Shown one piece after another: positions 1 through 13,699 of a stretch of 64,000 nt of DNA. Made by a program: the position numbers and the translations under genes. A model generated the notes under the pieces. The model did not search any database, had not been told where the DNA came from, and saw only the letters and a list, made by a program, of their open reading frames with translations. Origin of the DNA: Octopus vulgaris (taxonomy: Eukaryota). The DNA is taken from NCBI GenBank assembly GCA_951406725.2, contig OX597817.1, positions 33,728,001 to 33,792,000 of the forward strand, written 5' to 3'. Each line of letters starts with the position of its first letter. Position 1 is the first letter of the stretch.

Positions 1-31
1 GCGTGTTTGTTTGTTTGTTTGTTTGTTTGTT

Positions 32-103
<72 letters not shown>

Positions 104-612
104 CGTTTGTTCCTACACCACCGTTGGTTTGCTTGCGTTCCCGTAACTTAGCCGTTCGGCAATAATGACCGTCAGAATAAGCATCAGTCCTAAAAAATAA
201 GAACTGAGGTTGATTTGTTCGACTAAATCCGTCAAGGTCAGCATGGCCACAATCCAACGCCCGAAACAAGTAAAAGATGGATTAGGATGGACTCCCACAT
301 TGTTTCCGTCAACCCAATTCTTCACACAGCATTGATCAGCCCGGGGCTGTAATAGAAGACACATGACTAAGATGCCGTGCAGCGGGACCGAACCCGAAAC
401 TACATGTTTACAAAGCAATCTTCTTAATCAGACACCCATTGTAAATTCCATATAAAAACATAATAAATGTTCCCTATCTCATTTTTATTATTGATGTATG
501 TGGCCTTGTGCCAAAATTTGAAACCGTCATTGATGTACAAAATTACAATGGCGTATACAGTCACAAAATATATAAATCAAAGATAATTTTTGTTTATGCG
601 ATTATTTTCTAG

Positions 613-703
613 TGTGTACCGTCCGGTGGACAATGCTTGACCACAAGTCAATGTTGTGAAATGTCCGAAGTTTGCGCTCTCGGTTATGATTCCTTCAACA
701 AAG
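613..703 (+). CDS. Prohormone-3/ITG-like cysteine-rich peptide, internal exon A (CVPSGGQCLTTSQCCEMSEVCALGYDSFNK); 5' exons lie upstream of the window
   Basis: Acceptor ttattttctag at 611-612 and donor AAG|GTAAGT at 704; 91 nt, phase 0 to 1; C-x6-C-x5-CC-x5-C knottin-like spacing. Confidence 0.8.
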
Positions 704-1059
704 GTAAGTCATTGTTTTGCAAATTTTGTTGTGATTTCTTTTACCTTATTCTTTTTAAAAAACAAAATTTACTAAATTCGGATCTTTGTGGTTATCGTCA
801 CTGCATGTCGAAATTTTAAAAAATATATATAATGTATCATATAAATGTAATTTTTGACGCTAAATCCGAATTTGTTATTCATTTTTTCCAGAAAAAAAAT
901 TGTGAAAACGGTACAGGTGTCAAAGTTTGATAATGATAGTCAGAATTTTCAGCCAAACAGAAACCAGCGCGTCTGCCGTCTCTTCCATCATCTGTCACAG
1001 TAGCGAGAAAGCGGTGGGGGGGGGGGTGCAACGGCATATCAAAACATTCAAGTAGTTCC

Positions 1060-1392
1060 AGTAAACAGTGGGAAACATTAAAAGATTCACGAACAAATTA
1101 AATATGAAAAGCTACGAGCAAACCAGCAGGAGTTACTAGAAATAACTGTCAAAACATTAAAATATACACGAGCAAAGTAAACAGTGAAAAACATTAAAAC
1201 ATTCGCGAGCAAATTAAATATTTAAAAGCTACGAGCAAACCAGCAGGAGTTGCTAGAAATAACTGTCAAAACATTAAAATATACACGAGCAAAGTAAACA
1301 GTGAAAAACATTAAAACATTCGCGAGCAAATTAAATATTTAAAAGCTACGAGCAAACCAACAGGAGTTGCTAGAAATAACTGTCAAAACATT
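1060..1392. repeat. 117-bp tandem repeat, about 2.8 copies, next to the Merlin fragment
   Basis: aataactgtcaaaacatt recurs at 1141, 1258 and 1375. Confidence 0.9.
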
Positions 1393-1424
1393 GCTTAAAA
1401 CAGACATTTACTAGTTTAAAAAAT

Positions 1425-1700
1425 TCAAGAGCGAAAGTTTGCAATACACTCTAGGATTTTATAAAATAAATTATCATTCTCATATCTCCTTTTCCACATA
1501 AATTCACAAAGATAAGAGTCAACCATGGAACGGTATGTCCGACACCGATGTTTGTTTCCACGCTTTAAAGACGCCCAGGTACTCTCAATTTGTTGAGTGT
1601 GAGTCCCATCTTTTGAGTTTATAAATCCAATGCTATGGTTCACAGTTCTATGTTTGAAATCAAAGCCCACAATTTCTGGGATATGCTCATCACAGGTCAC
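1425..1700 (-). mobile_element. Merlin/IS1595(ISXO2)-like DDE transposase C-terminal fragment
   Basis: HRTVNHS..F.....G.HTQQIESTWASLKR...SYLCEFMWKRR is the ISXO2/Merlin C-terminal pattern; truncated and intronic. Confidence 0.85.
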
Positions 1701-3607
1701 TGGAGATAGTAGTTCCTGGAAGAACTGAGTGTAGTATGCAGGCCTTGTTTACACTCTTTGTGTGCATGCGCAGCATCTTTGGTCACTATGGAAACAGAGT
1801 TCTTCACAACCAGCTATGGAACACGTGGTGCTTCTTTGCTTAGAATGCTAACAGAACTTCACGGTGATATGTAAAATACTCGCTTCTGAATGGCTAAAAT
1901 ACCCAAATTTTGCAAAGTTTAAAAGCTAATAACTTTTTAATTATAAATTTATTGAGAAAATGAATTTCATTTTCATGATTAGTATACAAAGCTTAATCTA
2001 TATACCAAATTTGAAAACAATTGGAACAAAACTGTAGACAGTGACGATAACCACAAAGATCCTTAAATTCTCCTGATTTCTTTTTTACTATTTTCTATTT
2101 TATCTGACAAAAAGAATAATAGTATTCATGACGAGGTGGATGGTAGTAACGGTAGGATATCAGAATAAATACGTAGTGGGAGTCAGTAACGTTCAAAGTT
2201 CGAATCCCACTTTGACATTGCTTTTACCTTTCCATGGTTAAGAAAATATATACAGGTGTTGATGTAATCAACTATGTCCCAGGAGGCAGTGAGGTAAATG
2301 AAAAAGAAAAAAGAAAGAAAGAAAAGAGTTTCAATATTGAGCTCGCATAAGGCGGTGAAGTGGAAGAATCGTTAGCATGTCGAACAAAATGCTGAGCGAT
2401 ATTTTGTCCGTCTTTGCATACTCATTTCACATTCCGCCGAGGCCAACTTTGTCGTTCGTCCTTTCGGGGTTGATAGAATAAGTACCAGTTGTGAACTGGG
2501 GTCGATGTAATCAAACTTACCCACTTACCCGAAATTGCTGGCCTTGTGCCAAAAAGTAAAACCGATATTGAGCCCACGTTGAAATGGTACTGATAACATG
2601 GAAGACAAGTATGTGTGTTATTAAGCTGGCAGAAGCGTTAGCACGTCGGGCGAAATGCTTAGTGGTATTTCGTCTGCCGCTACGTTCTGAGTTCAAATTC
2701 CGCCGAGGTCAACTTTGCCTTTCATCCTTCCGGGGTCGATTAAATAAGTACCAGTTACGCACTGGGGTCGATATAATCGACTTAATCCGTTTGTCCCTTG
2801 CGGGTAGTAAATAAATAGTCTTAGTACTTCTGCTATAGACCTCTGTGTGTGTGTGTGTGTGCGCGCGGATAGATATGAGATGATCCAATTTACTCTACAA
2901 GCGGCACTCACTGTATAAGCTGGGAGGTGGAGCAAACTCAAGGACTGCCCGTTCGGTACACCCTCTAGTTACTCCACTGCCGCTAGACTGCATACTATAA
3001 GGTAGATGGCCTCGTAAACCTAACATTATAGTTTTTAAAATGTACCGACAGATCGCACGCAATAGTAACACCAAGAATATACGAGAATATAAAGATATGC
3101 AATTGTTGACGTATGAGAAAAAGACGAAATTGAATGGAAGACACAAGATTATGTAACAGAATATCTGAATCTGTATTTGCTATTCATTAAGCCAAGCCGA
3201 AAAAAAGGTCATAAGCATATGAATACAAACATTACGTCAGTTTTCCTAAAGCTGACGTAATGCCCAGCCAGTTGATTTTTCCTCCAGTTAAGTGATATCT
3301 CTATTTATAACTAGAGGTGTCTTCTTATTAATCACGCACAGGATTTTACGTCATTCTCTCTCTGGTAATTTGCAGAAGTAAATTAATTTAACCGGATATG
3401 AAGGGTACCGGGAGGTCGAGTGGAAGTAGTGAATTACCAGCGAATTAAAATAGATGACGCTTTCACATAGGACAAACATTATCTCATTTAGAACTCAGTA
3501 CGTTGGGTAGAGTGGATAATTATGTTTATTATATCAATACTTGACAGTCCACTCTGAGTTCCGTCTCGTGTTGCATGCTGTTTGTATGTGTGTGTGTGTG
3601 TGTGTGT

Positions 3608-3905
3608 GGAGGTGCAATGACCCAGTGGTTAGGGCAGTGGACTCGTGGGCGTAGGATTGCGGTGTCGATTTCCAGACCGGGCGTTGTGAGTGTTTATTGA
3701 GCGAAAACACCTTAAAGCTCCACGAGGCTCTGGCAGGGGGTGGCGGCGACCCCTGTTGTACTCTTTCTTCTGTTGGCCTGCTCGCTTAGGCAGCAGGATG
3801 GCGTCATTTGAAGGCTAAAACAATGCGATGTGCATTGTGACCTGCGATGTGCATTGTGACCAGCGATGTGTAGCAGCATCTGATAGCCCGGTCGGTCACG
3901 GACCA
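3608..3905 (+). mobile_element. tRNA-headed SINE family D; related copies at about 11940-12262, 42505-42805(-), 42820-43075(-), 47340-47582(-)
   Basis: A-box-like cccagtggttagg and a B-box-like segment; the 42.7-kb copy carries an RTE/BovB-like gaaggtaatggcaaac motif. Confidence 0.7.
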
Positions 3906-3906
3906 C

Positions 3907-3965
<59 letters not shown>

Positions 3966-3988
3966 CACAGAGGTTTATGACACGTGAT

Positions 3989-4048
<60 letters not shown>

Positions 4049-4357
4049 ATTATTATTTCCTATTTCTTATACGACCCAGGCTAACTGGTACTATTTCATC
4101 GATGAAGGCAAAGGGGCTACACACAGATGAATACTAATTTTTACACACAGAGGGGACAAACAAGGACAGACAAACAGATTAAGTCGATTACATCGATTCC
4201 AGTGCGTAACTGGTACTTATTTAATCGGTCCCGAAAGGATGAAAGGCAAAATTGACCTCGGTGGAATTTGAACTCAGAACGTAACAGCAGACGAAAAACC
4301 GCTTTGGCCCGGCGTGCTAACGTTTCTGCCAGCTCGCCGCCTTAAATGCTAATAATG

Positions 4358-4402
<45 letters not shown>

Positions 4403-4984
4403 GTAGTAGTAGTATACAGAGAAGTGCCGATATTTGAAGACAAACACGGATACGGAATGTTTTAATGAAGAGTATTTCTTTGATCATAGATCTGCTCAAA
4501 GCTGGTGCTAAGCAACAAAAACAAAATTCGATTAACTCGAGCAATTAACTAGAATAAATACCAGGCTTTAACTCGGAAATTGGCTAAAATTAACACCATT
4601 TCTCTCTATTGGTATATGAGTATAAGTAGTATCGTTGTTGTGAGCAAGACGCCAAATTCTGAACGATCCAGCTTACATAGCACCATATAGATACCCAGAA
4701 AAGTTGTTGTAGTGGCATCTGCTGTTTTTTGGTCCTTAAGTCAGCTCCAGTCAAGTAGGACAAAGATCAAAGGCATCCCAATCGTGACCATCCTGTCTTT
4801 TACTAGATGCATTGCACTTAGAATCAGTCTATCCAATGTCATCCTTCCTTCTTCTCTTTCTTTTGAAGAATTCACTACCAACTTCTTACCCACACCGTTC
4901 CACTAGCACCGATTTATTAAATTATGATTCTCTTTTTTAGCTTCAGTTCTTTATTCATTGTTAAATATCGTCTTTCTTTGATAG

Positions 4985-5056
4985 GTAACACAATGATTGG
5001 TAGTTGCAAAAAGTTGGCGCGCCCTGCTATCGACCAATATCCTTTGGGAGAGAGCG
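4985..5056 (+). CDS. Prohormone-3/ITG-like peptide, exon B (GNTMIGSCKKLARPAIDQYPLGES)
   Basis: Acceptor tctttctttgatag, donor G|GTAAGT; 72 nt, phase 1 to 1; joins exons A and C in frame and supplies the sixth Cys of domain 1. Confidence 0.75.
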
Positions 5057-5274
5057 GTAAGTTAGTTTTGTAATAAAATCATTGAAGCCGGTCAAATCAA
5101 CACGTGAAACCGTTCATTCAGACATGTTTTTACTTTCTCTCTCTGTTTTTTTCTTCTCTCCATGTTTCTTTTCCAGTTTTCCTCAGCGTGAAACTAATAC
5201 ATTTTGTCTATTGTTCCTTCACCTGTCTCTGTCTTCTGAGTGGATTTGGTAGACGGAAACAGAAAGAAGCCCGT

Positions 5275-5340
<66 letters not shown>

Positions 5341-5395
5341 CGTGTGTGTGTGTGTATGCGTATGCGTGTGTGTGTGTGTATATATATGCGTGTGC

Positions 5396-5428
<33 letters not shown>

Positions 5429-5682
5429 TGGGCGCGTGCGTGTGTATGTGCATGTCTTTGTCTGTGTTTGTTCCCTATCACTGCTTGACAACTGGTGTTG
5501 GTGCGTTTACGTCCCTGCAACCTAGCAGTTCGGCCAAGGGACGGATAGAATAAGTACCAGGTATAAAGAAACAAAAAAGAGGAGTACTAGGGTCGATTCG
5601 TTCGACTAAAATCCTTCAATGCGGTGCCCCAGTATGGCCACAGTCTAATGACTAAAACAAGTAAAAGATAAAAGATATATGT

Positions 5683-5713
<31 letters not shown>

Positions 5714-5799
5714 TATGTGTATGTATGTATGTATGTATGTATGTATGTATGTATGTATGTGTATGTATGTATATCTATTCTATATTTTAATTATTATAA

Positions 5800-6680
5800 A
5801 TCTTCCACTAAGGAGGGAGCCGGTTTCCAACAAAGATACAAGGCTCCATCTTTGGGATGTTAACACAGACAAATTCACATTTGGAACTTGAGAAAAATCT
5901 TGCATATTTTTACTGTTCCACTCATAGATTGCACTTGTAATGTACGAATTAGCCGGTCGATTTCTCTTTCTGAAAATCCCAGTTTATCCAGATCCTCCTT
6001 TAAACATTCAGTAACAAAACCTAATGCTCCAATTATTATTGGTATAAATATGAATTCATAGAAGCTGGAGCTTTCGAAGTAGCTGTCCATAGATATCCTC
6101 TTTTTCTTTGATTCTTAGAGAGATATTTATATACGCAGAGCAGCTGACCTCTATGATGGTACATACATTTGCCCTTCTGTCCCAAACAGCAATATCTGGC
6201 CTGTTATGTTTACATGTGACAGAAGTTTTGATAGGAATATTCCATCAGTATCCCTTGAGTTGGTGTTTATGAATGTATTCCATAACAGATGGATTTTCTA
6301 AGTTTATTTCAGGACAGTCTTTTTTTGCGGATGACATTGTAAATTGTTTTAGCAACAACATCGTACCCCATAGGGAGGTAGTACCGCGACGGCATTTTAG
6401 GACAGTTGCTAATCACATGAGTGATGTCTTCCACAGAAACATGACATAGCCTACACATGCGGTTGCACCTTGGGATTACAAGAGCGTCACTGTCTCCCTT
6501 GTTCACCAGGTACTTTGTGGTAATCTCCTGTTTCTAGATTGTAAACGCATAGCCCTCAAAGTGTGATGCGACGTAGTGGTCTGGTTTCCAAGAAAGGTTG
6601 CGCTTGGTGTCAATTCTACTGTCTTCTTCAAGCTTCCGTCAACCTACCCATGCATAGTCTTCTTTTGTACGCTGAGTGTT
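5800..6680 (-). mobile_element. R4/Dong-like (R2 group) non-LTR retrotransposon 3' remnant with CCHC knuckle and restriction-like endonuclease; degenerate sequence may extend to about 7590
   Basis: CRLC....EDITHVISNC knuckle; HNRPDIAVWD...IIEVSC (PD..D/E); FIPIIIGALG; frameshifts and stops. Confidence 0.85.
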
Positions 6681-8389
6681 TTCCACCCTGGTCTTCTCTG
6701 AGTTAAGAGAGCCCAGCTGTTTTGAGGCTGTATAGATCATCAGGGAGAGAGTTCTTGAGGAACTCATTGCCAACAGTGTTGCTCACTTCCCTTTTTAGCA
6801 CTGCATTTATATATTTATTTTTGCTGTTGATCGGTCGGATTTTTTCTCACTCTCGTTGGGAATGGTCTGTTGCTCAACGAAAGCTTCGAGAAAGTAGCAA
6901 TTTGCGAATTGGAATTTTAAAATGTTTTTGAGTTGGATGTATGCCGCAGTCTTCGCTACAGAGTCAGCTAAATTTGGAGACACACTTGAATTTAGCGATG
7001 GCGGGAACGGTGGTTTGTTTGCATTATTTTTTACGCCGCTTCTGGCAGATTTTTGTCCATTCTCGGTGTTTTGGGGGGATCGAGGGCCACTTGATTTTTT
7101 TACTTATTTATTTATTTATTTATTTATTTATTTTACAAAAGATGCTTGTTGTCAAAGCTGTTTCGCTGTGAAGATCCTAGTATTGTTTCAACTGCTTCAT
7201 TTATCCTGTTGAATGGTCATCTCGGGCTTTTTCATAGCACCGAAGTAAATCGTGGTTTAGTTGTTGAGTCCAAGTAAAATGAGAAGAGTAGTTACGTCAT
7301 CTTAAATATCTTACTGGTGAAGTAGTTCTATTTTTATCTGTGGTGGTGTTAGTTTCAACCATAATCGTGTTAGCGAGATTCCGCGTGGTGTAGGTGTATA
7401 TTTTACAATCTGTTCAGGATAACGCTAGGTCAGTGAGTAAAAGGTGATTCTCTTACAAATTATTGGAGAAATAAACCAGTTACCGATTTAGGCTGGAGAA
7501 GTTGGCATATTTCTAGACGAAGGCGTTCAAAACGAACTTTTTGAACGGTCCTCTACACCTACACGTCCGATGCTGACGGCGCCGATATACGTATGTATGT
7601 ATGTATGTATGTATGTATGTATGTATGTATGTATGTATGTATGTATGTATGTATGTATGTATGTATGTGTGTGTGTGTATGTATGTGTGTGTGTATGTAT
7701 GTATGTATGTATGTATGTATGTATGTATGTATGTATGTAGATACACATATACATTGTTAGTGCAATTTGTCGTCAATTTATTACTGACTGACTGGGGAGG
7801 TGCTAGATTTATGTTTGTGAACATACACCCAATGTCACAAATGGGATGAAAACAAAAGCTTTCATTTTCTTTGTATCTACGCCTCTTTGTGTGTGCGTGC
7901 ATGCGTGCATGTGTGTGTATGTGTGTGCGTGTGTGTGCGTATATTATATATATGTATGCATGTATGTATGTATGTATGTAGATACACATATATATATATA
8001 TATAAGGAATTGGTATCAACAAGATCCAAAAAGTGGTAGATAACGCTAAGTAAGTGCTGTAGACAGACCGTAGTTAAACTCTTGGTTCGATAGTGATACG
8101 AGTGAGGAGTTTAATGTGGGTCTTGTATTAGCATGCATATATATATATATTAGACAAAAGACATAAAGCCAGTTCTGTGAGGAGTTTTCAGGTCATTTAT
8201 AAGGAAATGTACAGGAAACTTTTTAACCACTTCTCTACACCACTTTACTCGAATAATGGAACTGCAATGTTTTATATTTTATTCCTATTTCATTCTCTTA
8301 TTTCCCTCTATATTCCTTTTCTCCTTCTCTTCGACAATATTTCCTTATTTCAAACTCAAACATTCCCCTCTATTTAACCATCTCACATC

Positions 8390-8437
8390 GTCTCTGATGA
8401 AGGGATATCCATAATATCCCAGGAACAGGTGTAAGAC
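8390..8437 (+). ncRNA. Degenerate hammerhead-like motif in a Penelope-like pLTR remnant
   Basis: gtct CTGATGA a gggatat ccata atatccc a GGAA caggtg TA agac; GAAA is changed to GGAA. Confidence 0.4.
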
Positions 8438-8681
8438 TATATCGATATATCTTTCCTTATAAATGTCCTACAGCCTTGGCTTTGTTATCTCTTTTGTCTA
8501 ATATATATATATATATATATATATACTATTGTGTCAGGGGAGAGTCATTCTCTTTTAGTGCCTTATTTAACACACTCACCGGTAAAATTTCCACTTATTT
8601 CATCTTTTTTTTTCCTAAACACACGAACTCATATAAAGAATCTTGCAAACCAAATCCAAAAAAATATATATATATAATACG

Positions 8682-8724
<43 letters not shown>

Positions 8725-8940
8725 AATATACATATATGTATACATATACATATAAGAGGAGATGACCATTAAGTGGACATCCATTATATGTATGTAATAT
8801 AATTTTTCTGAATCTTCGGGTTTTTCAATATGCTATGCCACTGGTTTTGTATTGATATTAATCAAATTAATATTCAATTTTTCACCCTTATTATCTAAAT
8901 TTATATATAATCTGGTGTATTCTTTTCATTTCGTTTCTAG

Positions 8941-9098
8941 GGGATGAGTGCACCGACAGTTCTGAATGTGGACCAGGTCTATGCTGTCGCAAGGCTTTCA
9001 GACACCACAGTGTGCCATCTCTACGATGTGGAGAACCTGAAGGTCCTGTAATCTGCATTGAACGTTCGAGAGCGAACAACGAAATATACCGGAAATAG
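8941..9098 (+). CDS. Prohormone-3/ITG-like peptide, terminal coding exon (GDECTDSSECGPGLCCRKAFRHHSVPSLRCGEPEGPVICIERSRANNEIYRK*)
   Basis: Acceptor tcttttcatttcgtttctag, phase 1, TAG at 9096-9098. SEC..GLCC...RH..P..C......P..CI resembles the last Cys domain of insect prohormone-3 (family call from recall, not from a search). Confidence 0.8.
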
Positions 9099-9733
9099 AT
9101 TTTCAAAAGAAACTGAAGGAAGTGAAGGTGGTTTTTAAACGAAACAATGGCAATAATTTTACTTCAAAAATTTTATCTGTTAGTCGAATGTCCAAAACGT
9201 CTATAGTTGTTACTGTTAATATTCTTTCAAACTTGTTATTATAATTATTGTTTTTACTAGAGCGGCGAGCTGACAGAAACGTTAACACGCCAGGCAAAAT
9301 GCTTAACAGCATTTTTTTCTGACTTCACGTTTACGTTCGGTGTTCCAGTTCCCGCGAGGTTGACTTTGCCCTTCATCCTTTTGGGGTCGATAAAATGAGT
9401 ACCAGTTGAACATTGGGGTCGATGTAATTGACTGAATTCCTGCATTAAAATTGCTGGCCATGTGCCAAAATATGAAACCTTTAATATTGTTATTCCTAAG
9501 GTGGCGAACTGGCAGGATTGTCAAAGCGTCGGAACTTCTGTACGGTACTCCTTCCGGCTCTTTGCATTCTGAGTTCAAATCCCGCCAAGGTCAACTTTGC
9601 CTTTCATCCTCTCGGGGTCGCTAAAATAAAGTACCAGTTGATAAAGTACTGGAGTCGATAATATCGATTAAGCCATTCCCCCAACAAATTGGTGGCTTTG
9701 TGCCTAAATCAGAAACCATTATAATTATTATTA

Positions 9734-9779
<46 letters not shown>

Positions 9780-9923
9780 TATTATTACTATCATCATCAC
9801 CCACGTCATTCTCCGCATCGACAACATTATTTCAAACCTCCTCATTATTTCGATCAATGCAATAATAACACTTAAATATTTCTCCATTTTAATATAATTT
9901 ATTGAATCTGATTTTTTTTGCAA

Positions 9924-9927
<4 letters not shown>

Positions 9928-9961
<34 letters not shown>

Positions 9962-10125
9962 GCACACACACCTGCACACACACACGCGCGCACATACACG
10001 CACACATGCACACACACACGCACATATACTTATATGTATAATTTATATATATATATTATACTAATATATTATATTATATATATTATATATATTATACTAA
10101 TATATTATATTATACTAATATATTA

Positions 10126-10175
<50 letters not shown>

Positions 10176-10218
10176 TATACTATATTATATTATATGTATA
10201 TAATATATATAAGTATAG

Positions 10219-10249
<31 letters not shown>

Positions 10250-10325
10250 GTATATATCATACACACGCACACATATATATATATTACATACACATACACA
10301 CACACACGCACACACACATATACAT
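9928..10325. repeat. Compound (CA)n/(TA)n microsatellite block
   Basis: Seen directly; similar tracts at 1-101, 3909-4045, 5277-5450, 7591-7738, 12330-12700 and 19811-19897. Confidence 0.95.
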
Positions 10326-10776
10326 TATAATACATTATAATACAAATGTATGTATGTTTGGCTGCGAAAGCAGCACAGAAAATATGTATTACAAATTCTA
10401 CGGATATAATGATACAATTGTACTTGAAAAAAATATACACCTCTAAATTCAACTATAGTATAATTTCACTATTATCTGCTTAATCTTAATAAATTGCTCC
10501 TACCAAAATATTGTTTCTTGTTTTATCTTTTATAATTTGGTCACACTTCTAAAGTTGCAGGGTGGTCTTTATTTGGGCAAAACGAGATTTATTCTTAATG
10601 AGACTTTTGGAATTTAAAATTTTAAGTATAAAGTAGTGGTTGGCGGACATTGTATTTAGATATAAGTCCAGAAAAAAATTTTGATACCTGTAAAACACTC
10701 TGTGAGGCAACAGAACATAGAGGGAAGAATACAGAGAGTAAGAAAGAAATAAGAGAGAAAAGGTGAACAAAATAGC

Positions 10777-10823
<47 letters not shown>

Positions 10824-12339
10824 GGTAGTATGAGATAGATTGTTTGCTAAAGTACAGGCGCAATTATCAACGATTGCTTTATGGAGAAAAGTTATTTAAA
10901 GGAATAAGTTTGAAAGTAATTAAGTGTAAGGTTCATTATTATTTAAGTAACTGATTGAATGGAACGTAAAAAAGCAAAGAAGGGGTAAATGCATTCAAGT
11001 TTGTGGAGGAAGGAAGAGAACGAACGTTAGTCATATAAAGAGGAAGAACGTTAGATATATAAAAGAGAAAGATAGAAAATAATTAGTTAAGGGAGAACAG
11101 ACATATATATTAACAGCACAGGAAAAACAGCTAAAAGGTGCTTAAATAAGTAAATATAATACAATAAAATAAAGCTAAATGTTTTGTGAGATTTAATTGT
11201 TGAATTCTATATATATTTTCCCAGTTTTGAGAAGAAAAAAGAACTAGTTCGTTAATAGTTTTGAGTCTGTTACGAGATTTCTTTCAACGACAAGTAGCTA
11301 CAAGAAATTGTTTGAAACAAATGCGGGTTTAAAAAGAGAATCTTAAATATTCAGTTGATACAAAATTTATAGAATTTCAGGAAGCTTCCAAAAGTATCGT
11401 AGAATTTCAATGAAATTTCAACGAAATTTCAACCAGAAAGTTGAAATATATTCACCCTTTAGGTAGAAAAAGATTCATCAAATAAACTTGTTTCGGTGAC
11501 GACAGTTCGAAATTAGCTCACTTACAGAATTCAACAAGTTGAAAGGAGACATTAAGAACTTTTCATGGTTACATAAGAAGTGGCAGAGTGAGCGTTGTTG
11601 GACGTGGCGACAAGTTGGTCATTGATGTATAGAAGTAAAGGAGTGGGTGACATAAAAATAGTGCACCAGGATTTACTAGAAGTGAAACAGAAACAGCTCT
11701 GTCAACACATGCCTTTCTGAGAATTTAGGTGGAAAGTTTTGATAAGAGATATGCATATCAAGCACTGTCAAAAGCTGTTCCGGTGTCTAAAACAACAACA
11801 TAGCTTTCACCGAACTTCTCTATAGTGTGAGTGAGAAGTTACATAAGAGAATGGATCTAGCTCTAAGGAAAACGTCCTAGTGGTCATTGGGGAGAGAGAA
11901 AGAGAAAGAGAGAGAGACTCAAAGTGTTGAAAGGCATCGTGAAGGCGCATGGCTTAGTGGTTAGCGTATTCGGCTCAAGATCGTAAGATCGTAAGTTCGA
12001 TTCTCGGTGGTACATTGTGTCCTTGAGCAAAACACTTTATTTCACGTTGCTCCAGTGTAATTAGCTGGCAAAAATGAGTGGTAGCTGTATTTCAAATGGC
12101 CAGCCTTGTTATATTTTGTGTCATGCTAATTCTTCTTGAGAACTACGTTAAGGCTACTTGTGTCTGGAGTTCTCAGCCACTTGCGCGCTACTTTCACGAG
12201 CAGGCTGTTCCGTTGACTGAATAAACTACAACACTTGCCGTTGTAACCAATGGAGTGCCAGTTGTTTTTTTCTGTACTACCAACATGTATATGAACATGT
12301 ATTTGCGTATGAGTATATAAATATGTCTCTGTGTGTGTA

Positions 12340-12370
<31 letters not shown>

Positions 12371-12462
12371 GACTTTATATATATATATATGTGTGTGTAT
12401 ATATATATATATTTATATATATATGTATATATATATATGTATATATATAATATATATACATA

Positions 12463-12503
<41 letters not shown>

Positions 12504-12566
12504 ATTATTTATATTATTATTTGATTGAACGCCACCCATCCATTTCCAAGTAAGTTGATCTATCTA

Positions 12567-12612
<46 letters not shown>

Positions 12613-12613
12613 C

Positions 12614-12705
<92 letters not shown>

Positions 12706-12854
12706 ATTAAGGGTAGAAATTGATATTTATCAATTAAGACCAGTGGTCTAGCATATTAAAAAAGAATCCGAAGATTAAAATATTTATATATATATACCAA
12801 TTATATGATTATGTTCTCAGTGAGAACATAATCTTTGAGTATTTTCGTGTTCAT

Positions 12855-12905
<51 letters not shown>

Positions 12906-12907
12906 AA

Positions 12908-12943
<36 letters not shown>

Positions 12944-13699
12944 TCGTACACGCACATATATATATATGCTCATACACACGTACATGGTGGTAGCATAGAA
13001 AAAACAACTGGCAGAAGTTAATAAATAATGCGTAAATAACTAAAATACATTTAAATTAAATAAAGCAATATACATACATACATACATACATACATACATA
13101 CATACATACATACATACATACATGTGCGAGTGCAGGTGTATATACACTCATACGTATATAACTCGCCAACACACTCCAATATCTGTTGCCTACTAACATA
13201 CCATCTCATTCCCTCTTCTCCTTCAAGCTCAATTAGCTAATCGTATATCACTTCCATCCACGCCCTTTCGGCATACTCGTCACTCTTCTTCCTCGTCTCT
13301 ACTCGACACTACAGATAATCCGTCCTCCCTAAATGCCAACCCTTTGAAATTCCATTCCCATATTTTTCTTGCAGAGATTGACTTTCACTAGTTGACTTTA
13401 AACTTAACGACAGCCGCTTCAGTTGCACAAGGCTTTCATAGCCTACGAAAGCCACGAGTACAGCCCCTTCCTCTCACAATATCACAGCGGGGACGGGAAT
13501 ACAATGAGAGATAGACATATTTGTCTAGTGAGCCTGGGTAAAGATAGTGTGTTACAAGATAGTTCAAAGAAACCGTGGACATTGTAGCATTAAGAGAATA
13601 TGCAGAGAGATAGGAAGTAGAGCATCAGTAAAGCCAGAGATTGTAGTGAGTTGATGTGTGATATTTTGATAATCACTTAAATGACCTTTCGATGTAGTT

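Noticed and set aside
10880-11890. Possible decayed Penelope-like element with a hammerhead relic near 11770-11815
   Set aside because: The core is too degraded and no protein motif could be read with confidence
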